DNA of 61,740 bases, counting the filler, from Hausera hauseri (taxonomy: Eukaryota), in assembly GCA_046269625.1 (NCBI GenBank). It is 12 parts of 12 records of this genome, joined end to end, with 100 filler letters (N's around TTAATTAATTAA, not from the genome) between each part and the next. Parts side by side here need not be neighbours in the genome. Positions count along the whole stretch, not along the records: positions 37,043 to 41,879 come from JBJURY010418698.1; positions 41,980 to 47,184 come from JBJURY010307721.1; positions 47,285 to 52,084 come from JBJURY010431805.1; 9 more parts are not named here. One strand, written 5' to 3'. The notes beneath the pieces are model-generated. The model had not been told where the DNA came from and did not search any database. It was given only the letters and a program-made list of their open reading frames with translations. Position 1 is the stretch's first letter. Each line of letters opens with the position of its first letter. This document shows, piece by piece, positions 38,905 to 51,139 of the stretch. The position numbers were made by a program, and so were the translations under genes.

Positions 38905-41879
38905 TCAACTACTCATATCATCAATTTCCGTTAATGGGGAATAGAAAAAATTCGACAACGGATGCTCCTGGATATAATCGTGACCCATCTCTTCATACGC
39001 CTCCTTTGATATGCTCATGCTGTCGAACTGAGTATGCAGTGCCAATTTACAAGCACCTTTCCATGCATCCAAAGTGGGATTTTCTACCAACAACCGACAA
39101 CTTCACAAGGATCTATCAAAGAGCGAATACTTACCGGCAAAATGAATAATCGGATCAGGCAGCGATTCCGGCAAAAATTGCCGTATATCGTAATTTAGCC
39201 TCTCTTTCAAATTCGGCATTTTGCTAACACTGCCCGTGACGAAAATATTTTCCGCCAACTGTTTCGAGTTTAAGCCGTTTCTGTCTTGTAGATGTACCAA
39301 ATACGTTCCGTTAATCATGTTTTCTAATACTTCCGTCAGTCCTGCGTCTTCGTACCCGATCATGTACGGACAAAATATTATTTCAGGAACTCTGGAATCA
39401 TGTTTCATTTATGTCAGCTAGTTTGAATTATCCTTTGACTCACTCGTTCTCGGAGATTATTCGAAAGTAAAGTTCGATCGATTTTCCAAGTTTCATACAA
39501 TAATTTCCGAGAACGAGAGAGACAAAGTAACTTCTATTTGAATTTTGGTTTTATTATTGGACGCACACATACTCTATCTTCATTGGTTAAAATTTGTTAC
39601 AATCTGATTGGCTACTCATATCGTTTGAAATTATGCAATTTGAAAGGGTTACAAAAATCATTTTGGAGATTATTCGAATACCATCAAAATACCTCATCTG
39701 TTCGGTAGTCAAATGCAGTCTGTAGTACTCGTTTATGTCAACCTTCAAATGGGAGTTGTTGTCTCTGAAAATACCGCATAACAATTGCCGTAACAACATA
39801 TTTTGAAAAGAACTTGGAAAATTCCGGATCATATTGAGTCAACAAAATTTCCAATTGAGTCATCTGTTTTTGTTCGGTATCGCTATCATCGGTCATATCG
39901 TCGCCATTTTCATTATCTTCAGTTCGGTTTGATGTTTGCGTTGTTAACTTCTTTTTCTAATGGACAAAACAATTAAATTCATATCGAATATCAGTGATGA
40001 TATCCTTACGAATTCTAAATTATCCGTGAGTTCTGCGGCTAATTTTCGAATTTTTCGAGCTTTCTGTTGGCGTCTTTCGTCGATACCGACACTGGGGCCG
40101 CTAACTGACATAGATACAGACGAATTCGTTCGTTTCTTCATTCGATTGTCAATCAATGATTGTCGTTGATGTCGCAGATTCATAACCCACAACTTGTACA
40201 AAATTTTATTAATACCATATTCCAATTATTATTACAGCAAAATCTTCTTCCCGTCTTTCTTCCAGTTTACTGACTTCTGTTAAAATCTACAAACACAGTT
40301 ACATTTGGCCGCGATACGATTTGCTTTAACTTTGTTTCGCTGAACCTCTTTCATGAGACGAATCTGTTCCCGTCTCATGGCCGATGCTCGCATGAGAATT
40401 TGCTTTTGTTTTTGTCTCAATTCATCTTCGTCTAGTTCTTCATCAGAAATATCGATCAAGTCAAATTTTGTTTTATCATCAATCATTTCCTAATTTTATG
40501 CTCATCTTAAATTATGATGAATATCGTTCAGAAATTTACAAACAACAGTTTTGTTTCATATTTTAACAAGCGCACAAAATTTGCAACCCTTCAATACCCC
40601 CCACCCACGCAATTATGAAGTATTCGAGAAGAATCAATTAACCGAACTTCCGCAACGTACGATGATGAAAAACGAATAATTTCCACATGAAACATCGACC
40701 CAAATCAAAACTTATTTCCGCCCGTGGGAAATGCTTCTTCCTGGCACATTTCACCTCAAATATAAATTACACACATACATACACACACTAAGAATTTGGA
40801 CAAAAATTACTACCATATTCGGTGGCCATTCGATTCCGTTAATTTTACACTGTATTTTTTCTATTGTACTTTCTAGATTTTTTATTTCGACAAGAACCTG
40901 CTCGTGATTTTCGAATCCCATTGACTTGAGTGTCTTAAAGATACCGATAAATAATCATGGCGATTCATTGACAACTCGATACTTTTTTCGAGTTTTCCTT
41001 GGATGATATTAATTCTCGTAGATTTGTGAGATTTTCCTGAGCAGTTGCTAACTGTAACACAATTATCGAACAAAATACAATTCGTATCAAATACGTCACC
41101 TTTTCTTGATTCTTTTTCAGATGAATTTCTTTACCACGGAGACTCTGTTGTTTTTTCTTCTCTTCGATTTGTTCGGTTGTCAGAATTCGTTCAGACTGTA
41201 AAACACACAGACTGTTCAACATCTTATTCATTGGGTTATGATTGTTTACTTTTTTATACGGTAGTTGGATGTTTAGTGAATGTTTCGACGCATATTCGGG
41301 ACATTTCCATTTCATCATTTCACAACGGTAATCGATACTTAAGAAACAAGTTTTCTTGTGTAGGTACTGCGATATACGAAATGATTTGGTTTAGCAATGC
41401 GTAGAATTCGTTACTTCACCCATTTTCAAATCAATTAAATTCTGATGACAGGAATATTTCAATTGAAGTAATCTCGCCATTAGCGAATCCAACTGCGAAC
41501 CGCCAATGTTAATCTTTCTGCACAGTTTTGCTTCCATTCTACCATTAAATAACGGGATTAAATGTACTGTTTGATATCCGAATGATATTATGAGAACAGT
41601 ATCGGCTTAAATTATGGATTATTAAAAAAATAAATAAATAAAATATACAAATTCTAATAAAATTTCTAGTTATCAAACAAAGAAACTTACTGGCAACTGA
41701 TTCTAAATATTGCGGATTATTATGGGCATAACTCGACAATCCGTCAATGTACTACGCAATACTCTGCACTCCGTACGCTTCAAAATAATTCTGACATTTC
41801 TGTCGACAAAACCAATTAACTCAACGAAATATATAATAATCAAACGTTGTCGGCACGTATTCGGATTACACTGAAATTT
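38905..41879 (-). pseudogene. ACTR5: Actin-related protein 5 (INO80 subunit), intron-containing, 5' truncated by gap, with lesions
   Basis: CNPNTCRQ..SEL.FEAYGV, KINIGGSQL..RLLQLKY, IQLPY, DLIDISDEELDE, RVPEIIFCP, NIFVTG, LDAWKGA, EHPLSN; TAG at 41752-41754 and frameshift near 41785. Confidence 0.85.
39433..39527. repeat. Intronic hairpin / MITE-like element
   Basis: 29-bp arms (39433-39461, 39499-39527) with 3 mismatches. Confidence 0.7.
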
Positions 41880-44789
41880 NNNNNNNNNNNNNNNNNNNNN
41901 NNNNNNNNNNNNNNNNNNNNNNNTTAATTAATTAANNNNNNNNNNNNNNNNNNNNNNNNNNNNNNNNNNNNNNNNNNNNAGTGTATCATTTGCAGAGACT
42001 AGTAAAGCTAGCACAATAAAAGATAATTTGGAAGGAATCTACGGAAAACGAGGTGATATAAGTATGATTATCGAGATGCAGGACTTACGAAGATATGTGA
42101 AAAATATGGGCGAATCTAATAATCCACAAGTAATCAAGGCAAGGAAGGAGTACGAAGAGAAGCCGCAGCAAATGGAGGTTTATCATGGGTTGAGAGAACC
42201 AAAAACGGAGTACGAAAAAATTATAGCACATACTAACATGGACAGGAAGAAAAATCTAAATCAAGCAGCGAAAGAGGAGAAGGAAGAAAAACCGACTACG
42301 TCTTCAAGTGTAGACTTGGACGCAGATACCGAAATCGTGTCTCAAAATAAAGAAAAAACAACGGACGAAGTTGAAAATGAATTCATTGGGACAATAATAG
42401 AGGTAGAAGCCCCTCCCTTAGGAGAAGGTCGGGAACTCGTTCACGATCCCCTATTAAAAAGGTTGTAGAAAAGGAGGAAGACTTCACCATCACTTTAAGA
42501 GACGAAACAGAGTTAAATACCCCTGTAATAACTCAAGACGTTCCGGAAACAACAAATATTTCATATATTGATGAAAGTAATGAAATATGTCCGTTAACAT
42601 TTAGCGAAGAGGAATCAGAAGAGGAAAAGTCTATAAAATTTGGGAAAATGAGAAAATATTGGAAAAATGCAAGCGAACTAACCAAAACAAGAGACGTACT
42701 GAATGATCCCGAAAGGCTACCGGAAAGCTTACAGAAACTCCAGAAGATGAGCAAACAGTTAGATATCTCCGGAAAAGAACAACAATTCATAGAGAATCTA
42801 TATAAAAAGCTTAAACCCGGTTCTCAGAAGAAGGACGAAAACACACCTTACAAACTGCAAGAAACGCCACAAGACTTGATAGAAAGTTGGCGAAATAAAT
42901 TAGAATTGTGGACAAGGAGTGAAATTGATTTTTCGAAAATATGGTGGAATAGAAACGAGCCATTTCTCGAGCAAGTTAATCAAGCACGCGGATTATTAAG
43001 CATATTAAAGGATAACCCAAAACTAAAACACGTAAGACGTAATTTAGAAGGGTTAATATGAGATAGAAAAGGCGATACTTTCTTACCTCCATAACAAGCT
43101 AGGATACGAACTGACCAATGCCGACTTAGAGATATTGGGTATAGACCCAATCGATATTCCACCTCTAATAGCAATGTGCAGCCTGATAAGAGATAACTCT
43201 CGGAAATATCCAGATTTTAAAATTTGGATGGAAAGAGAAGACGAAATACGAACCAAAATTAACGACTGTAAAATCGGTGTAGTTCACCCGGAAAGAACAG
43301 AAGCACAGAGAATAATACGTGCTTGTCTTCTCGAATTAGACGAGTATAAAGAAGAATTCAACTACATGAAGCATATTATAGAATTTGTACGAGGGCCAGA
43401 TCACGAACTAAAAGAAGCCCTTGAGATATTAGATGAAATAATCTACACCAAACCGGCAATATCCAAACAACTAAAGAAGTGAATTGACTTGTTACCTTTA
43501 ATAGTAGGGATAGTAAACGAAAGACTAAGAGAATTCACCGTGGTTGAGCCCACAATGAGGCACCAATTGGAGGAAATGTTGCTGGATATCGGTACGATGG
43601 AAGATGAAGCGAAATTACGAACTAAATTCGAATTATTTCGAGAACGTGAATTTATGAGCAGGGATCAAGAGCGAACAACATTAACAGCGATATATAGTAT
43701 GATAGAAGAAAAGGAGTTCTACAGAAAAAGAAGCAAGCTAAGTGATCTTCAGCGGAGTTTAGCGAACATCCGTTGAGAAGGGATACAGAACCTAATGCAG
43801 AAACCGTTGAAAGAAATCTCAGCACAGGAAATAGAAACATTAGAAGTATGTAACGATCACCGAATTGCTCTGGCGCAAACACTACAATATCTACAGAATC
43901 CAGCAGAATGGACACCAGGTTTCGACCTACATTGCCACACCGAACTAACGGAAATTCGGAAGGATCTTCAGTTGACTGCCGACGAATCTAAGTTCATAGG
44001 CAGGCTAATGGATGCAATAGATCCGGACGCTGAAGTATTAAATCAAATGCACAAATTAATCCTACTATTAACAGAAATGGCAGAAATTGACGAAGTAGTA
44101 GCCAGACGACTGACGAATCAAATACGCTCGATAAAAGAGACTCGGTTACGTTCCGAGAAAAGACAGCGCGAACTAAATGAATTGCTGAGAGAAACAGAAG
44201 TTTACAAGAACAAGTATTCCTTTACGGAATCTGAAATGAATGACAAAACGGAATTTATAGAGATGGCAAAGAGACAGAATCGCAGAAATGACTAGTTATC
44301 AGGAGAAAGCCCTAATACAACCAGAAGAAATGTGCCGATTAATAACATTGATACAACAAGCGTGCGAAAATAAAGACGGATTTAGGATGTCCGTAATGAA
44401 AACATTGCAATCGCAGATAAGATAATTACGAGAGAGAGTCCAAGTCGGACAGGCGGCACTAATGAACTACAAGTTACCTGACGCGGATAATGATGCCGAG
44501 TGGGATGAATATTTCCAAGGTCTAACCAAGAAAAGTCCAAGAACTCCGATACAAATTTATGAGTCACCAACTGGTGTGCAGAAAACGAAATTTGATGTGC
44601 AAATGTTACTTGATCCCACGCTAGCTGAAAAGGAATTAAGCAGTATGTTGAAAATAAACAAGCGAAGATAAGTTAAGGAAATTGATTCCGACCTTGACTA
44701 AGCTATTCAGCGAAAATATCGCATACAGCGCCGTACCCAAGCTCTTAATAAGAGAGTACGCCAAACTATTGAAAAATAAACCGGAAGCT

Positions 44790-45010
44790 TAAATTAAAGT
44801 GAAAGTATCGTCTGAAGGAATGGATGACGAGGAATTTGAATGCACTACCTATACCACCGTTTGGGACATAAAACAGCGGATAATGGATAAGGGTGGTAGG
44901 GAAGGGGTTAATTACCGACTCTACTTCAGAGGTAGGATATTAGATGATCTAGAATTTCTAATAGACGTAGGGATTATACCACTCGAAGCGAACCAAATAA
45001 TAGCCATAAT
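44790..45010 (+). CDS. Ubiquitin-like domain within the element polyprotein
   Basis: TTVWDIKQRIMDKGGREGVNYRLYFRGRILDDLEFLIDVGI fits the Ubl pattern T(I/V)..(V/I)K..I....G......RL.(F/Y).G+.L.D...L.D.GI. Confidence 0.7.
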
Positions 45011-45191
45011 CGACAGCGAGCAAACCAAAGATGAAGCCATGAGAAAGGCACATACAGAACATTGTGTTGGGAAAATCATGGGGATCCAAGATGCCGCAAT
45101 GTATTTCGAATACTTACAGACTGATGATGAAAAACCGCAGTACGATAGGAACTTAGTCCCCCTAAGCGAAACCTTACCACCAATAAAAGCG

Positions 45192-45218
45192 AAACGACCG
45201 GTCGGAAGACCGAGAAAG
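45192..45218 (+). CDS. AT-hook motif
   Basis: KRPVGRPRK. Confidence 0.65.
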
Positions 45219-45710
45219 ATAAAAGAAATTGATTATAATGTAGATATGATTAGAGAATTGAGACAACTATTGGTACCAACCCCGAGTTCAGATAACGACG
45301 AACTAATTGAGCTAATGAAAGACCTAATCAGGTTAGTCAGCTACACTGGACTCCAAGGCGACATATTATCTGAAAAAGAAAGATTAATATATAATATAGT
45401 TCGGACAATGAAGACTTCGCGATTCAAATAATCGAAAAGCACCCTTCCTGACGAAACCGTAATCGACAGAATTATGATAGACAATACGATGGAAGAATTA
45501 AGGAAAGTCTTAATATATTTAGCGGTAAGAACTAACCCTCTCCGGGAAAACGAATTTGACAAGACAATTGTGTTAGCTAGAAAAGCTGCGAGAAGGGTAC
45601 CTAAGGAAATAAAATGGACTAAATTATTTGAAAAACAGGACAATGCGAAAAGGACCAATAACTTAGAGGACATAGTACGAAACATCTCTTCGAGAAAAGG
45701 GAACGAATTG

Positions 45711-47460
45711 ATTTGGTTAATCAGTCTACTAACTATAATGATGTTAGTGAAGCAGATGGGAGCAGTCACCATATACGACTGTGAAAATTTAAAGTGGGCC
45801 AGAAATATTCCTTGATGGACTTAGAAACATGTGAGGATGCGAGGTCCCACAAGCTCCAGACAATAGAGAAGAGATATATATTATATCAACAACGTGAGTT
45901 AATTGCAATGGATGCAACAGAATGCATGATAAATAGGTCTCGCTGCATATTTCATTGTGGTAATATGCACGGCCATTCTTCAATAATCAAACCTACCACA
46001 CCATTGATACCAATGAACGTGGATATGCAACATTGCTTAGGAGCCCGGTCAACCGGCAAAATGGTTTGGGACAGCATGGAATTGGAAGCCCAAGAAGGAA
46101 AAATAATTAGAGCCTACTAAGTGGCAGTAGGAAAATTGAACATTCACACCGGTTATTGTGTTGGGGAAGAATATGACACAAGGAAGGGAATAGAAGGAGG
46201 AATTAGTCGTAGATTTTTATGAAACCGAGTTAAGATCCTTAAAAGCGATGTTTCATAACGTTACCAAACTATTCAGCGAAAATCAGAAATGTCACATTCA
46301 TGATGGTGCTTGCACGTTCCGAATTTTGGTTATCGTATGGAATCCACCCTCCAAGATGGATTGCAATTTCATCAAAATCAGAGTTAAAATTTAATGAGAC
46401 CATGGGAAGCGTTATTCGAGCAATTTACATACTAATACCAGGTCAAGAGAAGATGTAATAGAACAATCCACACCGACGATATTAATATCAGACGTGCACG
46501 GGTTAAAATTTATTAGAAAGTTTATGTTATCACGTTGCGATGTAGTTATGTATGCCACTAACTACGAAATATTTTTTGTAGCAGAAACAGAAATCGACTT
46601 GAAAACGTATGATTTAAAAACACAAGGTGTGCGGATTGAGGCTTACCTCAAAAACCGAGACGACTATTTCTATTACAAAGGGTAGACCGGAATAGCGGAA
46701 CTATATCACAAAATGATAAGAAATGACTGCAGATTAGACCTGAAGTCATAAGAACTAAACTGGCTTTAATTTACGCCAAACCAGAATTGGCATCACCAAT
46801 TATTCCAATGAAAGACGGTGTTTTCGGGCGAGTTACAGGAGAAGTCCTATTAACTTACGAATGTGAGAAAAGAGACGTACCAATCAACTTAGAGGAGAAA
46901 ATATGCATGCAAGAATTACCCGTCATCTATGAGATTATGCCGAGATTAGCGATGCCACTCACCAGAGTATTATTGGCGAACTCAACCGAACCAACGATGC
47001 TGAAGGAATGTAAAACGAGCTTAGGCCAACCAAGGTTTAGACGAAGTGGAACCGATTGGATAACTCTACCAAATGGAGGTACGGCCGCAGCCCCTAGTAA
47101 ACTAACCGGGACAAATCTAATCAAAGGATTATCGGAAGATAAATTCGAAGATACAGCTAATAAAGGAATTTATAGGCCAAAAGANNNNNNNNNNNNNNNN
47201 NNNNNNNNNNNNNNNNNNNNNNNNNNNNTTAATTAATTAANNNNNNNNNNNNNNNNNNNNNNNNNNNNNNNNNNNNNNNNNNNNGGATTCTTAGCCATCT
47301 ACTTCTTAGTCCAGTTAATTAAAGCAGTGATCCAAGCTATTATAAACGGATATGAAATATTCACCTTGACAGGATTGTCTTGCAAACTTTTGACCGCAAT
47401 TATCACAACCTTTGGAAAAATTCTTAAGGTTTACAAAGAAAATCGCTGGAAAAATGAAGT
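45711..47460 (+). pseudogene. env: Chuvirus-like (class III/gB-like) envelope glycoprotein with signal peptide and C-terminal TM
   Basis: LIWLISLLTIMML..AVTIYDC, YSLMDLETC, LYQ, ECMINRSRCIFHCGNMHGHSSI, GYCVG, C...DGAC, GEVLLTYEC, CMQELPV..MPLTRVL, KGIY, TM GFLAIYFLVQLIKAVIQAIINGYEI. Confidence 0.78.
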
Positions 47461-48109
47461 AGAACGCCACGTCGGGTGTTATAACCGCAAATGCCGAGGG
47501 AGGTTTTTGATTTTGTATAGACGTAAAAATAAGTCAACAGTAACACGAAAGGATAATTCAGATGATGACGAGCCTAAGGGAGGAGAAGTGAGATCTAGAA
47601 TGAAGATGCACAATATGTACTCAGTGATTAACGCGCTGTTACCTACAATGCCGCCAACAGCACCAATATGTGAAGACTGCGACCGCAAATTAATCACACC
47701 ATGTAGATCAGAAATCTATCAAAAGCCCATTAATTATGAAGATCCTTATAAGAAGAAAAAACAATATGTAGTACTACGGAAAATGAATATTATCAACCAA
47801 AGACCTACAGAGAACAACCATGGAATATTGTACTCAAAAAGAATACCGCGCCACATAGAATCGAAATCAACGATCTGGGAAAAACCGAAACTGTGTTCGA
47901 TCTCGGGCTAACTACCTCAGGAACCGCTAATTAGCAGTCGCGTCAATGAGACGGCAAATAATAATTTATACCCAAACAGAGAATTAAGACAGTTAAGAGA
48001 AAATATTTTCTCATCGCCAGAAATAACGATAAACGGACACAGTCTCTACTATAAAACGGTCAAAGATAGCGTCAAATTGCTAAGGAACAGCAGCAGAAAG
48101 GAGACCCTT

Positions 48110-51100
48110 CGCTAAAATACACATCGAAGATTTGGAAGTGTATTTATTAATCGACACAGGATCGCAAACATTATTTATAAAATATGACTCTATACCAACC
48201 ACATTGCGAGATCAGCTATGTCCGCTATTATCGTCAGATCCTGGTAGCGTAGGAGCATTTGGGCAAGTATCGAAGCCGAAATTTAAATGGACTCCTACTG
48301 TTCATATGATGGGCCAAGCGCTCCAACATAAATTTGCGATAATGGACCAGTTAACAAATGATGTAGTACTAGATTGTGATATATTGAAACAGATACCAGG
48401 CATAGCAATCGATGTGCATAACGGAAAATTAATTGACCTCGAACCAATAAAAGGGACAAAAGTAATAAAGGAAAGGAAATGGGGCGAAGTATGGATTCCG
48501 GTAGATGAAGACATTCCGCCCAGAACTAAAATGATAATTATCGCACAAATTCGTCAAGACAAAGACCTACCAGTATATTCGAACCTTAAGAGAATATCGA
48601 TCCAAACCTTATGTTTAGCAATATCTTATGTATATTAGTGACGGGAAGAATACCCAGCGGACTAATTAACAATGCAACAATTCCGGTAAGATTTCACGCT
48701 AACACTACTTTAGGTAACACTTGCAGAGTATCAGAAGTAACGATATAGGAAAAGCCGTATAAGTGAGCTGAATTTCCGCCCTACGTTAAAACCAAACTCT
48801 CTCCTGAGGCATATTGCAAGTTCTACAAATTACTATGTTAATACCGTTAAATAATTGCGCAAAATGAGGAAGACATAGGCAGAGCAAAGGCCCTGAGATT
48901 AACAATCCCATTAAGAAAGAAACCATGCTCGAATGACAAAATCAATCTAGAAGAACAGAAAATGCCCAAATGGTACCCACTTCCTCATTCATTAAGACCG
49001 GAGATAACCAAAGAATTAGAGCGAATGTTAAAGGCCGATATAATTCGCCCAAGCTACCGATCGTGGTATTCACCTATACTTATGGTTAAGAAGAAAGGAA
49101 CCACGAAACATCGGTTTTGTATAGATTATCGCGCATTAAACACACTGATGATGAAAGACTCGTTCCCTCTACCATCAGTAAAGGAAGCTTTAGACAAACT
49201 ATCAGGAACAAAATGGTTCACCACTCTCGACTTACAATCGGAATATTGGCAAGCGGAAATCGAAGAAGAAGATCGATATAAGACAGAGTTTAAGACACAC
49301 GATGGCGTATACGAATTTAATGTTATGTCCTTCGGCATCACCACAGGACCAGCTATTTTTACTAGAATGATGAATAAGATGCTCATGGGACTTGATCATG
49401 CTTTCGCATATTTAGGCGACGTAATGATAGCATCAAAACAGAGGAAGAACACTTAAAAGACATTGAAAATACACTCATGTAACTGGAACAAGCAGGGTTG
49501 AAACTAAATTTAAAGAAATGTAAATGGGCACGGAACGCAGTATCGTACCTCAGACACATAGTTGGAGAAGGAGGATCAAAACCGGATAAATCCCTGCTAA
49601 ATAAAGTAGCCGATTGTATGGAACCGCAAAATCAAAAAGAGTTAAGACACTTGTTAGGCCTATGTGGGTATTACGCCACTTACGTACCGGATAATTCTAA
49701 AATTAACGCACCACTATACCGCTACTCAAAAAAGGAACTAAGTGGAGATGGACGGAAGTGGAGCAAAAAGCATTCAATGAAATAAAGAAAATTTTGACAA
49801 GCGACCCAGTTTTTAGAAACCCTGATTTTAACCTACTATTTATCATTAAAACCTATGCAAGTAAAAAAGGTATAGGATATGAACTAGCTCAGAAACTAGA
49901 AGATGAAGAACTAGAACACCCAAAAGCCTATTGAGGACGCTCATTAAAGAAAGCAGAAAAGAATTATTCGGTTACTAAATTAGAAACGTTAGCCGTAAAG
50001 GAAGCACTACGACACTTTAACGTTTATGTCTATGGAGAGAAGATTATAATAGTGACCGATCACAAAGCAGTTACGACATTGAAAGGATGATCTAATAACC
50101 AAACATGTAGATTAAACCGTTTGATAGAGAAAATCTCACAATATAGCATTGAATTCTAATACAAACTAGGCACTAAACACGTCGACGCAGACGCACTATC
50201 AAGGTTAAAGACAAAAACCAGTGGGATTATTACAGCGAAGAAAACGCAACTCGAACAAATAGTTGAACATCAAAGAACTCTAACCCTGGATAAAACGATC
50301 AGGACCACCGCAGAGCAGGCTAAAGATAAGATTATTCAGTAAATTGTTGAATTCACACAAAACGGCAAAATACCCAAAGGACGGCAACTGAAGAAGCATC
50401 TGAAGAAACACGGACACAAATACAGCGCATCGAATTAAGATAATATCCTATATTATGAACGAAAAGGAAAAAGACTAATAGTTATTCCAAAAGAATTAGG
50501 CGTCGAAGTAGTCATGGCTGAACATGATTCGTATTTAGCTGGACACATGTCTTGGAAGAAGACATTGGAAAGGATATTAAATAGATACTATTGGCAAAGC
50601 ATTTACATCGATGTAAAGAATTGGGTAGGTGCTTGCGAAGTTTGCGCGACAAAACAAAAGGAAACGAAAGGCTACGTAGCGGAATTAAAACCCATAAACG
50701 TACCAGATAGGCCCATGCAAGCTATGTTTATGGATATAGTGGGACCTTTGCCTAAAACTCACAAAAATGACATATATTTTAACATGCGTGGATCAATTAA
50801 CACACTTCGTCGAACTAGTGGCACTACTAGATTAAAGGCAGAAACTTTAGCCAACGCAGTGGTAAGAAAAATCATCTGCAGATATGGATTACCAGAACAA
50901 ACCTTACCGGATAGAGGAAGAAACTTCACAAGTGAATGATTCGAAAAAATTACTAAGATATTCGAAATCGAACGATTAACTACTACCGCGTATCACCCCC
51001 AATGTAATGGAATGGTCGAGCGAATGAACGCAACAGTCATTCGAATACTATCAACAGTAGTGATCAAAGACCAAAAGGATTGGGACGAATTCCTAGAAAG

Positions 51101-51135
51101 AACACAGTTTACAATCAATACTACACCACATCCAA
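48110..51135 (+). pseudogene. pol: Ty3/Gypsy pol: protease, RT, RNase H, integrase
   Basis: LIDTGS; WYSPILMVKKK, RFCIDYRALN, LDLQSEYWQ, YEFNVMSFG, YLGD (from YLDD); NYSVTKLETLA, TDHK, DADALSRL; HDSYLAGH..CEVC, MDIVGPLP, DRGRNF, YHPQCNGMVER. Confidence 0.92.
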
Positions 51136-51139
51136 CGAC

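Noticed and set aside
45711-47460. Standalone chuvirus endogenous viral element
   Set aside because: No L or N gene seen; the glycoprotein is contiguous with retroelement protease in two diverged copies
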